Source: a virus (lineage: Duplodnaviria; Caudoviricetes). Taken from it: DNA of 53,845 nt. The position numbers and the translations under genes are program-made. Numbering within the stretch: the stretch's first letter is position 1; each line of letters opens with the position of its first letter. The notes under the pieces are model-generated. The model was not told the DNA's origin. It saw only the letters and a program-made list of their open reading frames with translations, and made no database searches. The stretch covers positions 1 through 53,845 of IMG/VR virus record IMGVR_UViG_3300042486_000458; one strand, written 5' to 3'. This document shows positions 17,652-28,685 of the stretch, one piece after another.

Positions 17652-19280
17652 TTACACCACCGTGAATGTTAATGTTCGTGTTTCACCGCCAAGCGTATTA
17701 GTACCCGTAACTTCAATAGTCACCGTCTGCCCCGCGCTTAGCGTCCCTGTAGCGTCATACGTCCAGCCGCTTGAGAAAGCCCCTGATACAACAACACCGT
17801 TTATTTTCATAACTCTTGTGAAAGCATTAGCCCAATCCGCATTACCACCAGCCCACACACCCGGCTCAAGAGTAATAAGCCCAACAGTTGCCGCCGTGAT
17901 AGTTGTTCCAGAAATACCAGTTCCGGTTGCCCGTAATTGGAAGTTAGTGGTAAATATAGTGTCGTCACCAATATAATACATCGGTGCTTTGGCTTCTTTT
18001 TCTATTTGGAACAGCGCGGGTTTTGAAATCTGAATACGGCTATTTGCTGCAACTGCTCTATACCTAACCTGTAAGGATGGATTTACAGAGGGCGGCTGTG
18101 TCGCACCAAAAGAACACATCGGAACGCTTAGAATTGTATCAATCTTTCTTGAGTAAGGTCCAGAATGAGCAGCGGTTGATGGTGTGGTTGAACCAACTGT
18201 CCCGAATGAGCCACCAACAAGCGCGATATTTTCGATTCCCGCCGCGCCGTCCGCACCGTCATCAATAAGAATACCGACACGCCATTCATAGAAGGCACCT
18301 TTTACAAGACCCGTTAATGATATACTCGCAGTGTCATCTAACACAATAGAATTTTCAGCAGCGGGTGTACCTGATACAACGGCTTGTGCAAGTGTAGCAT
18401 CTGGAATAGAGCATACAACAGACATCCCTGTACCGTTTGTAAGGTTGTTTGTAATTCTTCGCCCTGTAGGCCAGTTTCCTGTGGGCGCAATCGTACCTGA
18501 TTTCGTACCAGCAGTACCTGAGAATGTATTACCAGGATGAATATTAGCAGACCGCCAAGTTTTCGCAGCAATGTCCGCAAGAATATTGGCTTTCGTTTCT
18601 GTCTCGACGATTGAATCAATAGCGTTAAACATTGCCAATCCGCAAGCATAACCGCCGCGCTCGTCTGGGTGTACCCTTGATGCGTCAGACGTAGGCGACA
18701 TATTTGTTGGGTCATTGTAAGCTGCGTAGGTGTCGCATAAAACAATACGATCTCCGTATGTTGCTTGACGCGCCGCAATAATTGCTTTCTGGGCGTCGTT
18801 AACAGCTAAGTGCCAGTTGCCCCCTGTGGTCTCTGTTGACACGTTTGATCTGATCGTTGTGCAGACAATTATTTTAGTATTTGAATTTAGTCCAGCTATA
18901 CACGCATCAAGGTTTCTTTCCCACAATGGCATAACTAAGGCATAATCAGCGGATTTCAGCGTTAACCCACCCGAAACCTGAGGGTTATGACCCTGTGAAC
19001 AGAAAACAAAGATTTCAGGTTGCTGTTTTATGGCTTGATTGCGTCTAGCATAGATGCTGTCCAAATCACCTCCTGACTGGCAACTCATCCAACCAATCGC
19101 AGGGCGAACGCGTCCATTCAACAACATAAGCGCGTGCTGAGGTCCGTTACGCAAGCCGGGCGCAGCCGCCGTACTCATCGTACCATCCCCATAGAACACT
19201 ATACGGGAATAAAGAGGGGCTAGGGCAGAGCCGCCACCACCTCCAGAACTGCTACTTTTAAGTAAAAGCAATAACGACAC
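17652..19280 (-). CDS. Tail-associated SGNH/GDSL esterase-like protein
   Basis: Blocks VFYGDGT, SGG, GHN and DASRVHP; GTG start. Confidence 0.65.
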   Translation of the reverse strand: MSLLLLLKSSSSGGGGGSALAPLYSRIVFYGDGTMSTAAAPGLRNGPQHALMLLNGRVRPAIGWMSCQSGGDLDSIYARRNQAIKQQPEIFVFCSQGHNPQVSGGLTLKSADYALVMPLWERNLDACIAGLNSNTKIIVCTTIRSNVSTETTGGNWHLAVNDAQKAIIAARQATYGDRIVLCDTYAAYNDPTNMSPTSDASRVHPDERGGYACGLAMFNAIDSIVETETKANILADIAAKTWRSANIHPGNTFSGTAGTKSGTIAPTGNWPTGRRITNNLTNGTGMSVVCSIPDATLAQAVVSGTPAAENSIVLDDTASISLTGLVKGAFYEWRVGILIDDGADGAAGIENIALVGGSFGTVGSTTPSTAAHSGPYSRKIDTILSVPMCSFGATQPPSVNPSLQVRYRAVAANSRIQISKPALFQIEKEAKAPMYYIGDDTIFTTNFQLRATGTGISGTTITAATVGLITLEPGVWAGGNADWANAFTRVMKINGVVVSGAFSSGWTYDATGTLSAGQTVTIEVTGTNTLGGETRTLTFTVV

Positions 19281-19281
19281 G

Positions 19282-19629
19282 TTACGTTTCCAATGTTTTT
19301 ACAGCAAGAAGTGTTATTGACCGTTCAGACGCTTCCGCACTTCCTGAAACAACTTTAAGCCAACGCCAACCAACAAACTTTGTCGGCTCTAAGTAAAATG
19401 CTCGCGCAGTCCCATCGCACGTTACTGACACAGCAGTCTTTGTACTGTCGTGCAGCGTATAAAAATTTGTTTTATCAGCACTGACCTGAAACGTAACGCT
19501 CGTACCAGTCATAACAGGCAGGATCATGCCAACAAGTGTTCTGTCGTTAATGTCGATAATACCAGATGTTGTTCCCGCCGCCGCAATTGTAGCTGTTTCC
19601 CTAATGATACCTTGTGATAAACTTGGCAT
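19282..19629 (-). CDS. Small beta-sandwich tail adaptor/structural protein
   Basis: TAATG coupling with the upstream gene; beta-rich sequence. Confidence 0.6.
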   Translation of the reverse strand: MPSLSQGIIRETATIAAAGTTSGIIDINDRTLVGMILPVMTGTSVTFQVSADKTNFYTLHDSTKTAVSVTCDGTARAFYLEPTKFVGWRWLKVVSGSAEASERSITLLAVKTLET

Positions 19630-20897
19630 TATTTGATTCTCCTTACTGAAAATGTGCATCCAGAAACGCCAGTTGCGGTATTAACCGCGCCGCCTGATTC
19701 TTGAAATGCTTGATAATAAATATAATCTGTTGGCACTACGCTTGTTTCAATTGCGATATTTGTCTGCACATTCTCTGTGGAGTTTGTGCCTTCAAAGAAT
19801 TCTCGGCCTATTAACGTAGCATTTTTATAAATTCTTACACCATAAGCAGAGCCATTCGTGAGATTGAAAGCGTGGTTTACAATGATATGCACACGACCTG
19901 TAAAATCAACGGTAATGCGCTCACTGTTTGTCGCCGTATCATGCCAATTACCATCATCCCATTCTTCCGTATCGAACGTCATGGTGGTCCAAGTATTATT
20001 TGTTTGGCTCACCGCAGCGGTCATGTATAATTTTGTACCATTCGGATAAATATTTACACTCGGCGCAGGCGGGTTAAGCACAATCCACTTTGCAATTGAT
20101 TCGCGGTAAATAAGGAATAGCGTATCACTTGTTGTTGTTAATGTAATATCAGAGCTTGTTGGAATAAAGATATTACCAAGCTGATCGACAACAACATCCC
20201 TTGTAGAATCCGCTGTGGATATAATAAGCAATTGCCCGTCACGGTCAGCCGTTATTGTTGTGAGGTTATCACTTGCCGCGTTACCTTCTGTATCAACTGT
20301 ATGCACAAGCGCGATTGGTGTAATAACACCAGATGCTATCGTAAGCTCACTTTTTGTCGCCGAGGATACAACGCCGTTTAAAGCCGCTGTGCCGCTAAAT
20401 GTCTGGTTTCCAGACCATGTATTCGCGAGTGCGTAAAGCGCAACATTAACCCAATTCGAGCCATTGAAACGCACGAAATCATTAGTTGCCACACCAGTTA
20501 ATACAACAGGCAGGAAATCACCCTGCACAAGCGTGTTGAAATTTGAAAACGTAATTGAGCTTTGTGATGGAATAAGTGGGTCTGTGCCTTGCGCTACCCA
20601 TATAGTATTGGCGTTTTGCGTGCCGCCTGTAACAAACACTAGCGATCCAACACGCGCATCTGTATTACCATCGAAATCAGGTGTGCGAATCCAAGAGCCG
20701 CTTGATGTTGTGTATATACCGTTCTGCACTGGATTGGTTTGATTCTTAACCAGAATGCGAGAACCATCAGTAGCGTAGTTATCTATTGTCTGCTCACCTG
20801 ACAAGGTAATGTTTGCAGTCGTCGCGCATTCAACGGGTGCTTTAATAGCAACCGATCCTGTCAAACCATTCAGTCTATCGACAATAGTGGAACTCAT
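19629..20897 (-). CDS. Tail fibre protein with C1q-like C-terminal domain
   Basis: ATTANITLSGEQTID..LVKNQT..QNGIY N-terminus; FDTEEWD..RITV C-terminus; GGAGG RBS. Confidence 0.65.
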   Translation of the reverse strand: MSSTIVDRLNGLTGSVAIKAPVECATTANITLSGEQTIDNYATDGSRILVKNQTNPVQNGIYTTSSGSWIRTPDFDGNTDARVGSLVFVTGGTQNANTIWVAQGTDPLIPSQSSITFSNFNTLVQGDFLPVVLTGVATNDFVRFNGSNWVNVALYALANTWSGNQTFSGTAALNGVVSSATKSELTIASGVITPIALVHTVDTEGNAASDNLTTITADRDGQLLIISTADSTRDVVVDQLGNIFIPTSSDITLTTTSDTLFLIYRESIAKWIVLNPPAPSVNIYPNGTKLYMTAAVSQTNNTWTTMTFDTEEWDDGNWHDTATNSERITVDFTGRVHIIVNHAFNLTNGSAYGVRIYKNATLIGREFFEGTNSTENVQTNIAIETSVVPTDYIYYQAFQESGGAVNTATGVSGCTFSVRRIK

Positions 20898-20911
20898 AAA
20901 GCCTCCGTAGC

Positions 20912-20925
20912 GGTATCATGATACC
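20912..20925. promoter_or_regulatory. GGTATCATGATACC palindrome overlapping an extended -10 box
   Basis: Perfect palindrome; related copies at 32558, 38048 and 42078. Confidence 0.6.
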
Positions 20926-20936
20926 ACATTGTTTTT

Positions 20937-23900
20937 TTAATCAGAAGCCTTTTCTGCTGTTTTTTCTGTGTAGCCTATAGCTCTGAGTGCGCCTTTATAT
21001 TCTTCGCCCTCAGATATATCACCAACACCTTCTGTAGAGTTGAATACAGATTGTAGCGGCTTACCAGTCACGAGCGAGACAGCCATTATAAAGTCTTTAA
21101 GCTCTATACCCTCAAAGCCATCTTCCTGCATTTTTGTCATAATATCATAAACCTGCCTCAGGCTTAACTCCACACCAGAGGCGTTTAGGTTTTTGCTGTA
21201 ATCAATATCCCATAGGTTTGCAAGGAATGCTGTAGCAAAACCACCGAGTAATGGATACGAGTTTGCAGGACCAAGAATAGCAGCGCGAAGCAATGCGCCA
21301 TCGTCATCTTCATCATCGGCATTAAATGCATTTGCCGCCAATTGGAATAATACAGGGCCAATGATGTGATGGGTCAAAATAATCTTGGTCGCCTCAGCCT
21401 TTGACATTTGACCACGCACCATTTGCCTAAACGCTTTAGCCTCAACCCGCAATAACTGCAATGGATGGGAAATAAACATCATCGCACCACGCGCAATTGG
21501 ATTTGAAACAAGCTGTGCGCGGGAACGCTTATCAAGCCGTGTTGGTTGCTGCGAATTATCAGTCGCCCGCTCAAAAGCTTTAATCGCCTCCTCATGGCTT
21601 TTGCCAAGGGTGTCTTTATGGTATTTATAAACAGCCCAGCCGCCGACATAAATCGCAGACCTATCACCAAGTACAGTCGGATAGGCGAAGAAATCATCCA
21701 GCTTTGCATTAGCTCTTGATAATTTATTTTTATCAATCATCTTTTGCAATCCGCTACGTACCATTTCAATATTAACATCGCCGTGACGGTTTTTCATGAG
21801 CGGCGATTTGCTTAATATATCTATGGCTTCATTGAAGTTTACAGCAAAGTCAGCGACACCTTTTGCAAAATCTGCGGCAGGCATTTCAGCGGCATATCCA
21901 ACAAAACCCGTAAGCTGTTTGATAAACGCATTTGGCTTACCGTTAATCAAAGCCTTTGATACGTTCACATTGAAGCGCTCAAACCACTTTGCCGCTAGTG
22001 TCGCACTCTTGGTATATCCACGTGTGAAGTCCTCAATATAGGCTTTAACAATTTCGTTATAAACACCGCCCCATGTTTTCTCCAATGCCTTTGAAACTTC
22101 GGTATTTGAAAAGATTTCATTCAAATCTTTATTGGTTTCCGCCATTGCAACAAAATGAGATGCACCTCGAATATAACGCCCAAGCTCAAGTATATCCGAT
22201 TTTTCCTCAATCTTACGGAATGTGTTCATTCTATTCTTTGTAAATGACGGAAGCCCAGCAGCAACTTGCTCATTTAATCCAGTCAGAAAATCTTGAGAAT
22301 CAACCAAATCACGTTCATATTCACGCACCACTGGGGAATAAAACTTTTCAAACGGCAAGTTGATGCCATACATACGCTTGTAAACCTCATTAACTTCCGC
22401 GTACATTTCCTTGTAAAACTCAAGTGTTTTCTCCGCCATTACTTTATCATCAACATCAAGCTCTCGCTCAAGGCGGTCAATCATGTCTTGCGTGATGCCA
22501 TTACCCATTTGCCCGTCAGATGTTTTCTTAATTGGCGCGGTTAATGTTTCGCGCAGCTTTTCGTTTTTAAGCTGCATATAAAGCGTTCGCATTTGTGAGC
22601 GCGTCAACTTCCATGGTCTAGCTTTCTTGTCACCATCCCGTTGGAATGTGCCAAGGTTAACCTCAACCTCATCCTGCAACATTTTATTTGTTATAGCTTT
22701 ACCATTTTTAAGGCGGTACACACTACCCATCAAAGACAACATCTTATCTGTGTACCTTGTGTAAAGCGCACGTTCATCCATTAATGACTCACCAACGCGG
22801 TTTATCAAGTAATCAGATAATGCGCGGTCTTTACCAAATGGAATATCAATCACACCTTCCCATGAATGCATAACAGCCATGTTGAGCGAAGATGCTTGAT
22901 TGACTTTCTTCGTTACTCTATTTCTAAAGGCTTTCTCGTCAAAATCTTCAATATCCTGACCTTTTAACACAAGGTCCAATATACGCGCCCGCACTTCATT
23001 TACCGCGTCCCTGCGTTTTTGGGCCGCGCTTTTTGCCGCAGACTTCGCACCTTTTTGCAGATTATTAAGATCAAGTAATAAATCAGCGGCTTCATTACCA
23101 CCAGTTTTGCCAAGTTTTAAGTACAACAACTGGTTTTCATATAATGTCGCTTGCTCACTCTGCCCCTGCGTTTCCTTCATAATATTTTCAGCGAGCTTCT
23201 TTGATGCTTCATCTGGTGTCATTTTATCAGCACGTTTCAGCACATCGAATATTTCCTGAATATCAGCGTCATTGGTTTTACCAACTGGTCTCGCGCCACG
23301 CTTCTCGGGCTTCATTTTGTTGATAACCTTGGTTATCTCGGTATTCAATTTACCACGCTGCAACTTCATGACTTCACGATCTATTTTCGCTGCTATTCTT
23401 GGCAGAGCGTTAATCGCACGTTCGGTTGTTTGCAGGTTTCTGATCGTTGCTTCAAACTTGTTACGCTGTTGAGCCGGTAATCCTGATTGGCGCACCATGT
23501 CGGAAATAACCATCTGCACGCTCGCGACTTCCTTACGGACATTTTTCGGCAGCTTCTTTATAGCTTCCTGCGCTGCGGATAGTCTGGCCTTTGATGAGTT
23601 AATACCAAGGTTAACAACAGCAGAACCCTTAAGCGTCACATCCTCTTGCATCATTTTGCGGACACTTAATAATTCCTGATCTGTTGTTTTAGCGGTCATT
23701 ATATCAGCAAGTTCTGATTCAAGCTCATTCCTACGCGCCAACAAGTCCTCAACATCAATATCTTGAGCTTGCTGTTCAATCTCAAGCAATGACTGATTTA
23801 TCTTTGCTATCTTTTTATCAATTGCAACAAGCGGTTTTTTAGCCGCTATACGCTGCGTGCGTTCTTCTTGCAAAGCTGCGGCCTGCGCCTGCAAATCAGC

Positions 23901-25457
23901 AACCTCGGAAGCCCTGCTTTGCATAGCGGCGTCCTCCAAAGCGGACCATTCATTATCGATAGATTCAAGTTCACTGGTAATCGTACGAACACGGCCCTTC
24001 ATGGCGCGATAAGTGGCGTTCTTTATATCGTTGCCGCCGCGCTCTCCTATAGCTTCTAATATCTGCGCCCTATCGGAATCGGTTAATTCCTTAATACCAT
24101 CAAGTTCGGCTTTAATATCGACAACATCGCCTTGCTGGAATTTATTAAACAACTCTGCTGTTTTCTTAACAACTGGATCACTTATGTCAAATTTACCAGC
24201 TTCGTTTTCCAATATCTCGGCGAGTCTATCCTCGAATTTCGGCATATTCTCATTTAGCTTAGACATGAGTAAATCAGCCTCGCGTGGCTTTACTTTAGTC
24301 TCAAGCAGTTTATTATAAACATAAGTAGAGCCACCGCCCGCGAAAGCACCAAGGAGGCCAGCATACAGCGCATCTTTAAACCCGCCAAGTATATCAACTT
24401 CACGAACACCAGTTGTTTGCGTTAATGTTTCCTCTGCGCCAGTTTGGAAGAATTCCTGCACAGCTTCAACCGCCATTGCCTCAACGACTTTGCCGATCTT
24501 TAAATCGGAAGTAATGGCAGACATGAGCTTGTCGAAACCAACCATTTCAAGACCAGCTTCAATCGTACCACCAAGAGCGGAAACCCTCGCGTTCTCATCA
24601 AGCGATAACTTATCACGGCCTTCTAGGTATAAAGAGCTTTTCTGTATTCCACCCATCATAAGCATTGCTGCTTTCGGATCGCGGGTTAATGCGGAAACAC
24701 CAATGGCGGCCAATGTAGTTGAGCCTGTACTGCCAATATCGAACAAAACTTTCTCAACTGCGTTATCAGTCTGCGCCAATTTTGTTGTCTCGCGCCATTT
24801 CTGGTTATTAGCAGCAATGCGCTCGGCGGCTTGGATAAGCCTTTCATTTCTGATAAGGCTTTTTTCCTGTTCTGCTTCGCCTTTAAACACCCTGTCTGTA
24901 TTCGCCCATGCACGACCAGCACGCTCAAGTAAGTTGAACGGGCTTAGGAAACTTGATGGTGTTGTGCCAGTACCAGTACCTTGCATCAAAGCCTCATAGG
25001 CTGTTGGCCTTTGCTTGGTTAATTGGTCCTTATAAGCATCAGCAAACTGCATACGAGTTGATGCGCCAACTGTTGCTGGAATACTTTGCGCTTCTGTTGC
25101 TACACCTCTAAATGGTGCAGTTATAGTATCGCGCATTTCAGAGGCGATAACGGGCAACACTTCCTCGGATTGGTACTTAAGTGCGTATGATAACAAATCA
25201 AATACAGAATCACTCTTCGATGGCACATAACCAAAAAAGTCTTGCGGTTTTTGACCCTGATTACTGACTTTATCATGGTATATCGCCTCGTCAGCATTCA
25301 TATACGTAGGCTTTTCAATCACCCGCCCGCTTTGCTGGTCTAGCAGCGTTTGTGGTGGCAGTACAGGCGTATCAGGCGATATACCTAACTCAGATAATAA
25401 ATCATTATTTTGGTTCTGTTTCGGGTCTACACCCAATTCTTGCAAAAGGTCTGCCAT
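20937..25457 (-). CDS. Large internal virion (ejection) protein, gp16-like position
   Basis: 1506 aa, helical; third of three genes after tail tube B. Confidence 0.7.
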   Translation of the reverse strand: MADLLQELGVDPKQNQNNDLLSELGISPDTPVLPPQTLLDQQSGRVIEKPTYMNADEAIYHDKVSNQGQKPQDFFGYVPSKSDSVFDLLSYALKYQSEEVLPVIASEMRDTITAPFRGVATEAQSIPATVGASTRMQFADAYKDQLTKQRPTAYEALMQGTGTGTTPSSFLSPFNLLERAGRAWANTDRVFKGEAEQEKSLIRNERLIQAAERIAANNQKWRETTKLAQTDNAVEKVLFDIGSTGSTTLAAIGVSALTRDPKAAMLMMGGIQKSSLYLEGRDKLSLDENARVSALGGTIEAGLEMVGFDKLMSAITSDLKIGKVVEAMAVEAVQEFFQTGAEETLTQTTGVREVDILGGFKDALYAGLLGAFAGGGSTYVYNKLLETKVKPREADLLMSKLNENMPKFEDRLAEILENEAGKFDISDPVVKKTAELFNKFQQGDVVDIKAELDGIKELTDSDRAQILEAIGERGGNDIKNATYRAMKGRVRTITSELESIDNEWSALEDAAMQSRASEVADLQAQAAALQEERTQRIAAKKPLVAIDKKIAKINQSLLEIEQQAQDIDVEDLLARRNELESELADIMTAKTTDQELLSVRKMMQEDVTLKGSAVVNLGINSSKARLSAAQEAIKKLPKNVRKEVASVQMVISDMVRQSGLPAQQRNKFEATIRNLQTTERAINALPRIAAKIDREVMKLQRGKLNTEITKVINKMKPEKRGARPVGKTNDADIQEIFDVLKRADKMTPDEASKKLAENIMKETQGQSEQATLYENQLLYLKLGKTGGNEAADLLLDLNNLQKGAKSAAKSAAQKRRDAVNEVRARILDLVLKGQDIEDFDEKAFRNRVTKKVNQASSLNMAVMHSWEGVIDIPFGKDRALSDYLINRVGESLMDERALYTRYTDKMLSLMGSVYRLKNGKAITNKMLQDEVEVNLGTFQRDGDKKARPWKLTRSQMRTLYMQLKNEKLRETLTAPIKKTSDGQMGNGITQDMIDRLERELDVDDKVMAEKTLEFYKEMYAEVNEVYKRMYGINLPFEKFYSPVVREYERDLVDSQDFLTGLNEQVAAGLPSFTKNRMNTFRKIEEKSDILELGRYIRGASHFVAMAETNKDLNEIFSNTEVSKALEKTWGGVYNEIVKAYIEDFTRGYTKSATLAAKWFERFNVNVSKALINGKPNAFIKQLTGFVGYAAEMPAADFAKGVADFAVNFNEAIDILSKSPLMKNRHGDVNIEMVRSGLQKMIDKNKLSRANAKLDDFFAYPTVLGDRSAIYVGGWAVYKYHKDTLGKSHEEAIKAFERATDNSQQPTRLDKRSRAQLVSNPIARGAMMFISHPLQLLRVEAKAFRQMVRGQMSKAEATKIILTHHIIGPVLFQLAANAFNADDEDDDGALLRAAILGPANSYPLLGGFATAFLANLWDIDYSKNLNASGVELSLRQVYDIMTKMQEDGFEGIELKDFIMAVSLVTGKPLQSVFNSTEGVGDISEGEEYKGALRAIGYTEKTAEKASD

Positions 25458-27766
25458 TATAATTTCCCACTTTGGCGCATAAGCTCTATAACTCTTTCTG
25501 GTGTTATTCCATTATTTTTTGCTGAATCAAGTATGCGGTCGGATGTAATAGTAGTACCATCTTTTAATGTATAACTCGCCTGTAATTTAAACGGTGCAGA
25601 TACTTTATTGACAGCAACGGATTTTACACCAGTTTTGGTTAACTCAGGCGGTACAGCAACGGAATTTCCAGCATCATCATAAATAAGAGTCGGGAATTCA
25701 CCAGCTTTAAAGTTATTAAACTGTGGGAATTTCTTCTTTATAAAGGTTTCTGTAATCTTTGCCGCCGCACTATATTCCTGACCTTCTTTCAAGCCACCAG
25801 CTTCTTTAGTGGCTTGAATAGTTGGCGCAATGGATGCAAATAACTCAAGTCTTGTTTCAGGCGTGTTGATTGCCTCATTGCCTTTAGCTGAAAGGAATGA
25901 ATCAATTGCATCATAGGAATCAACAAGCTCATCATTGGCTATTGTATCACCGCGTGAAAACCAACCAGCGGATGGATCGATGCCCTTAATCTTGGCTTCA
26001 ATGACGGGCATAATTGCGGCAAATTTTACGCGCTGCTCTTTAGATAAATACTGTGAATTTTCAATATAATCAGCCTGAAACTTGGCAAATTCAGATAACC
26101 CGTCAGCAGGTTTATATACACCTTTCTTTTTTACCATCAGTTCATCAAAACGCGCTGTAAGATTTTGCTGTATAGATGCTATTTCAATCGGGTCTTTATC
26201 TGTGAGATTAACAGGCTTTTCCATTTTATTAAGCAAAGCCTTACCGACCTTGAGCTTGTTTTGATCCTCGCCAGCATCAGCCATAAAATTCATGACTTCG
26301 GAATATGTCAAAGTCTCATTAGCGTCTTTATCAATCAGTTCGCGATATTGCTCTGTATTTTTTTGCAATACAGCAAAATCAGCCGCTTCCTGCTTTTTCT
26401 TTATAGCAGCATTGGCAACATTTATAAAATTAGTACGCTGTGTTGGCGTAAGACTTTTATACCGATCACCATCAATCTCTGACAAGAATTGTTCTGGATT
26501 ATTTTCAATAACCTCAGTCGCCATATTACCAACAGCAGACATATTATATTTCTTCAAATCATCCATGGAAAGCAAATCAAGCGGCGTTCCTGTTTTACCA
26601 GTCGCCCCATCAAATTTCTCGACCCACTTTTGCGCGAATTGTCCAGCGGTTTGAATTACAGTACCATCGTTATTTATAATAGAATCACGGCCCACAAGAG
26701 ATACAGCGTTCTCGCTTGGGTTCGTCAGCAGTTTTGCAGCACCAACTCTACCTTGTTGGTGTGCTAGATAAAGCTCGCCATCAGTCGGTTCACGTCCAAG
26801 TTTTTTTGTTAAATAGGCTTTATTATCAGCAGTGAATTTCTCAAGCGCAGCTTTTTCCTTTTCTGGATCGCCGCGATAATCAAACCCGTCACCAAGTAAG
26901 CCATACTCTCTCGCTGTGCCATCAACCCATTGATACAATCCTTTTGCTGTAGAATTTGGATTTTTGGCAGCAGGATTACCGCCGCTTTCAATAGCTGTTA
27001 GTTTGTCAATATAAGAACCACTCGTGCCATTTACAGCCCTATTCGTCAGCTCAACCAGTTTTTCAGGTGAAAGTCGGCTTGCATAAATACGTCCAGTTTC
27101 AGCCTCTAACGCTCTTGTGCGTCTGCCATACTCAATATCATCTATAAGACCTAAGTTCCTTAAATTAGCATCAATCTCAAGTGTCGCCGAGGCGAGCTGA
27201 GCAAACCTTCCATCATCAGGAGATAACTCCATTGCTTTAAAATTATCAGCCCTTGTTTGTTCCGCTGATGCGAGTGCTGCAGTATTGCGCTTCTCACGTA
27301 CCTTACCATTAATTGAACCCATTTGTTTGGCGAGGAAATCGCCAGTCCATAAATCAGCGTCAATCTGTGCATCTGGTGAAAACGAGCCTTTGTACTTCGC
27401 CTTAATGCCATCAATGAGTTTTGTCGCATCAGTGCCGAAGTTTTCAACGTCCGTTCTGTCAGCTATTTGATTTTCAAAATCAATGCTTGAGCGCAGAATT
27501 TCGGAACGCATTTGTGCATCAAGTAAGCGGTCCTTCCTATCCTGCATTTCTTTACGTGCTTTTAATTCCTGCTCCTGTGCAGCTCTATCACGCTCAATCG
27601 CTTCAACGCCTGTGCGCGTCATTGTATTACCAGCATCTTCAATAGTCGCGCCCATACGCTGTGCTGCATTTGAAATAGCAGATGTGTCATACCCTTGAAT
27701 AGAGGCTTGCACCCGTGGTGCTTGACGTGTGCCATATACTTCTTGCGCGGTTGGTAACTTTGGCAT
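25457..27766 (-). CDS. Internal virion protein with lytic transglycosylase domain
   Basis: AIESGGNPAAKNPNSTAKGLYQW and LYLAHQQG lysozyme-like motifs. Confidence 0.8.
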   Translation of the reverse strand: MPKLPTAQEVYGTRQAPRVQASIQGYDTSAISNAAQRMGATIEDAGNTMTRTGVEAIERDRAAQEQELKARKEMQDRKDRLLDAQMRSEILRSSIDFENQIADRTDVENFGTDATKLIDGIKAKYKGSFSPDAQIDADLWTGDFLAKQMGSINGKVREKRNTAALASAEQTRADNFKAMELSPDDGRFAQLASATLEIDANLRNLGLIDDIEYGRRTRALEAETGRIYASRLSPEKLVELTNRAVNGTSGSYIDKLTAIESGGNPAAKNPNSTAKGLYQWVDGTAREYGLLGDGFDYRGDPEKEKAALEKFTADNKAYLTKKLGREPTDGELYLAHQQGRVGAAKLLTNPSENAVSLVGRDSIINNDGTVIQTAGQFAQKWVEKFDGATGKTGTPLDLLSMDDLKKYNMSAVGNMATEVIENNPEQFLSEIDGDRYKSLTPTQRTNFINVANAAIKKKQEAADFAVLQKNTEQYRELIDKDANETLTYSEVMNFMADAGEDQNKLKVGKALLNKMEKPVNLTDKDPIEIASIQQNLTARFDELMVKKKGVYKPADGLSEFAKFQADYIENSQYLSKEQRVKFAAIMPVIEAKIKGIDPSAGWFSRGDTIANDELVDSYDAIDSFLSAKGNEAINTPETRLELFASIAPTIQATKEAGGLKEGQEYSAAAKITETFIKKKFPQFNNFKAGEFPTLIYDDAGNSVAVPPELTKTGVKSVAVNKVSAPFKLQASYTLKDGTTITSDRILDSAKNNGITPERVIELMRQSGKL

Positions 27767-28314
27767 TATACGCGATTCCTCGTCTTGGTCGTTGTACCAT
27801 CATTCCAATAGATAGAGCCGCCACTGTTACCACCATACTTGCCGTATAGCGTGGAAGTGGATGACGCGGCGTTCGCCAGTGTTGAAATAGTTTTAGCCTT
27901 CGCTTCTGCGTTTGCTGCTATTCTCGCGTTTTGGCCTTCGTATTTCAACAAGTCGGATTGCTGCGTCAACTTGCCCGCTCTATCCTTACTTTCAAACAAG
28001 GCAAAATCTTTTGCGTACTGCCCTTCTGATTCCAATCCTGACATAATATTAAGGAATGAATCATCCATAGTGCCACCAGTAGCTGCCGCAACTGCGGTAG
28101 CGCGTGATTGTGCATATCTGAGCTTACGCGCTTCCTCGGCTTGTTGCCTTTGCCCAGTGGCGAGTTCCTGACCAGCAGCGACTTGCGCTTGCTTTGCCTG
28201 ATATTCGGCTTGTTGCTGCTGAGCCTTACCAGCAGCGCGAATAGCAGATGCTTGCTGCAATCCGCCAACAGTAGATAAAACAGTACCTATAATTGCCGCT
28301 TCAATACCAGTCAT
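27766..28314 (-). CDS. Small internal virion protein (gp14-like)
   Basis: Ala/Gln-rich with hydrophobic N-terminus; synteny. Confidence 0.7.
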   Translation of the reverse strand: MTGIEAAIIGTVLSTVGGLQQASAIRAAGKAQQQQAEYQAKQAQVAAGQELATGQRQQAEEARKLRYAQSRATAVAAATGGTMDDSFLNIMSGLESEGQYAKDFALFESKDRAGKLTQQSDLLKYEGQNARIAANAEAKAKTISTLANAASSTSTLYGKYGGNSGGSIYWNDGTTTKTRNRV

Positions 28315-28685
28315 GTCGCCTCCAATACATACAAGCCATCAAGTTTCTTAAACCCTAGGCGAGACAAAAACAGCGGCGCACGCGCTATGCTTTCATTCGC
28401 ACAAGCGTAAACATCAAAGCCCATTGATTTTATAAAAGACTTAAACAACAAAGCGCACCGCCACATAGTTTGCTTATTTATATTAACATCTTCTTTCATA
28501 TCATAAAATCCATAAAAGAACCCTTTTTCATATTTTACACCCGCAACACCTGATAATTCGCCGTTCAGGTAAAATGCCATACCGCGTATTGACCGCTCTA
28601 ACTTATAATCTGGGTAAAACGCTTGAAACTCGCTAAGCTCAATCGGTTTATAAGAGATACCACTATTGCCTGTCATGTTTTTCAT
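28311..28685 (-). CDS. GNAT-like virion assembly protein (gp13-like position)
   Basis: FLSRLGF motif; follows tail tube B. Confidence 0.55.
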   Translation of the reverse strand: MKNMTGNSGISYKPIELSEFQAFYPDYKLERSIRGMAFYLNGELSGVAGVKYEKGFFYGFYDMKEDVNINKQTMWRCALLFKSFIKSMGFDVYACANESIARAPLFLSRLGFKKLDGLYVLEAT

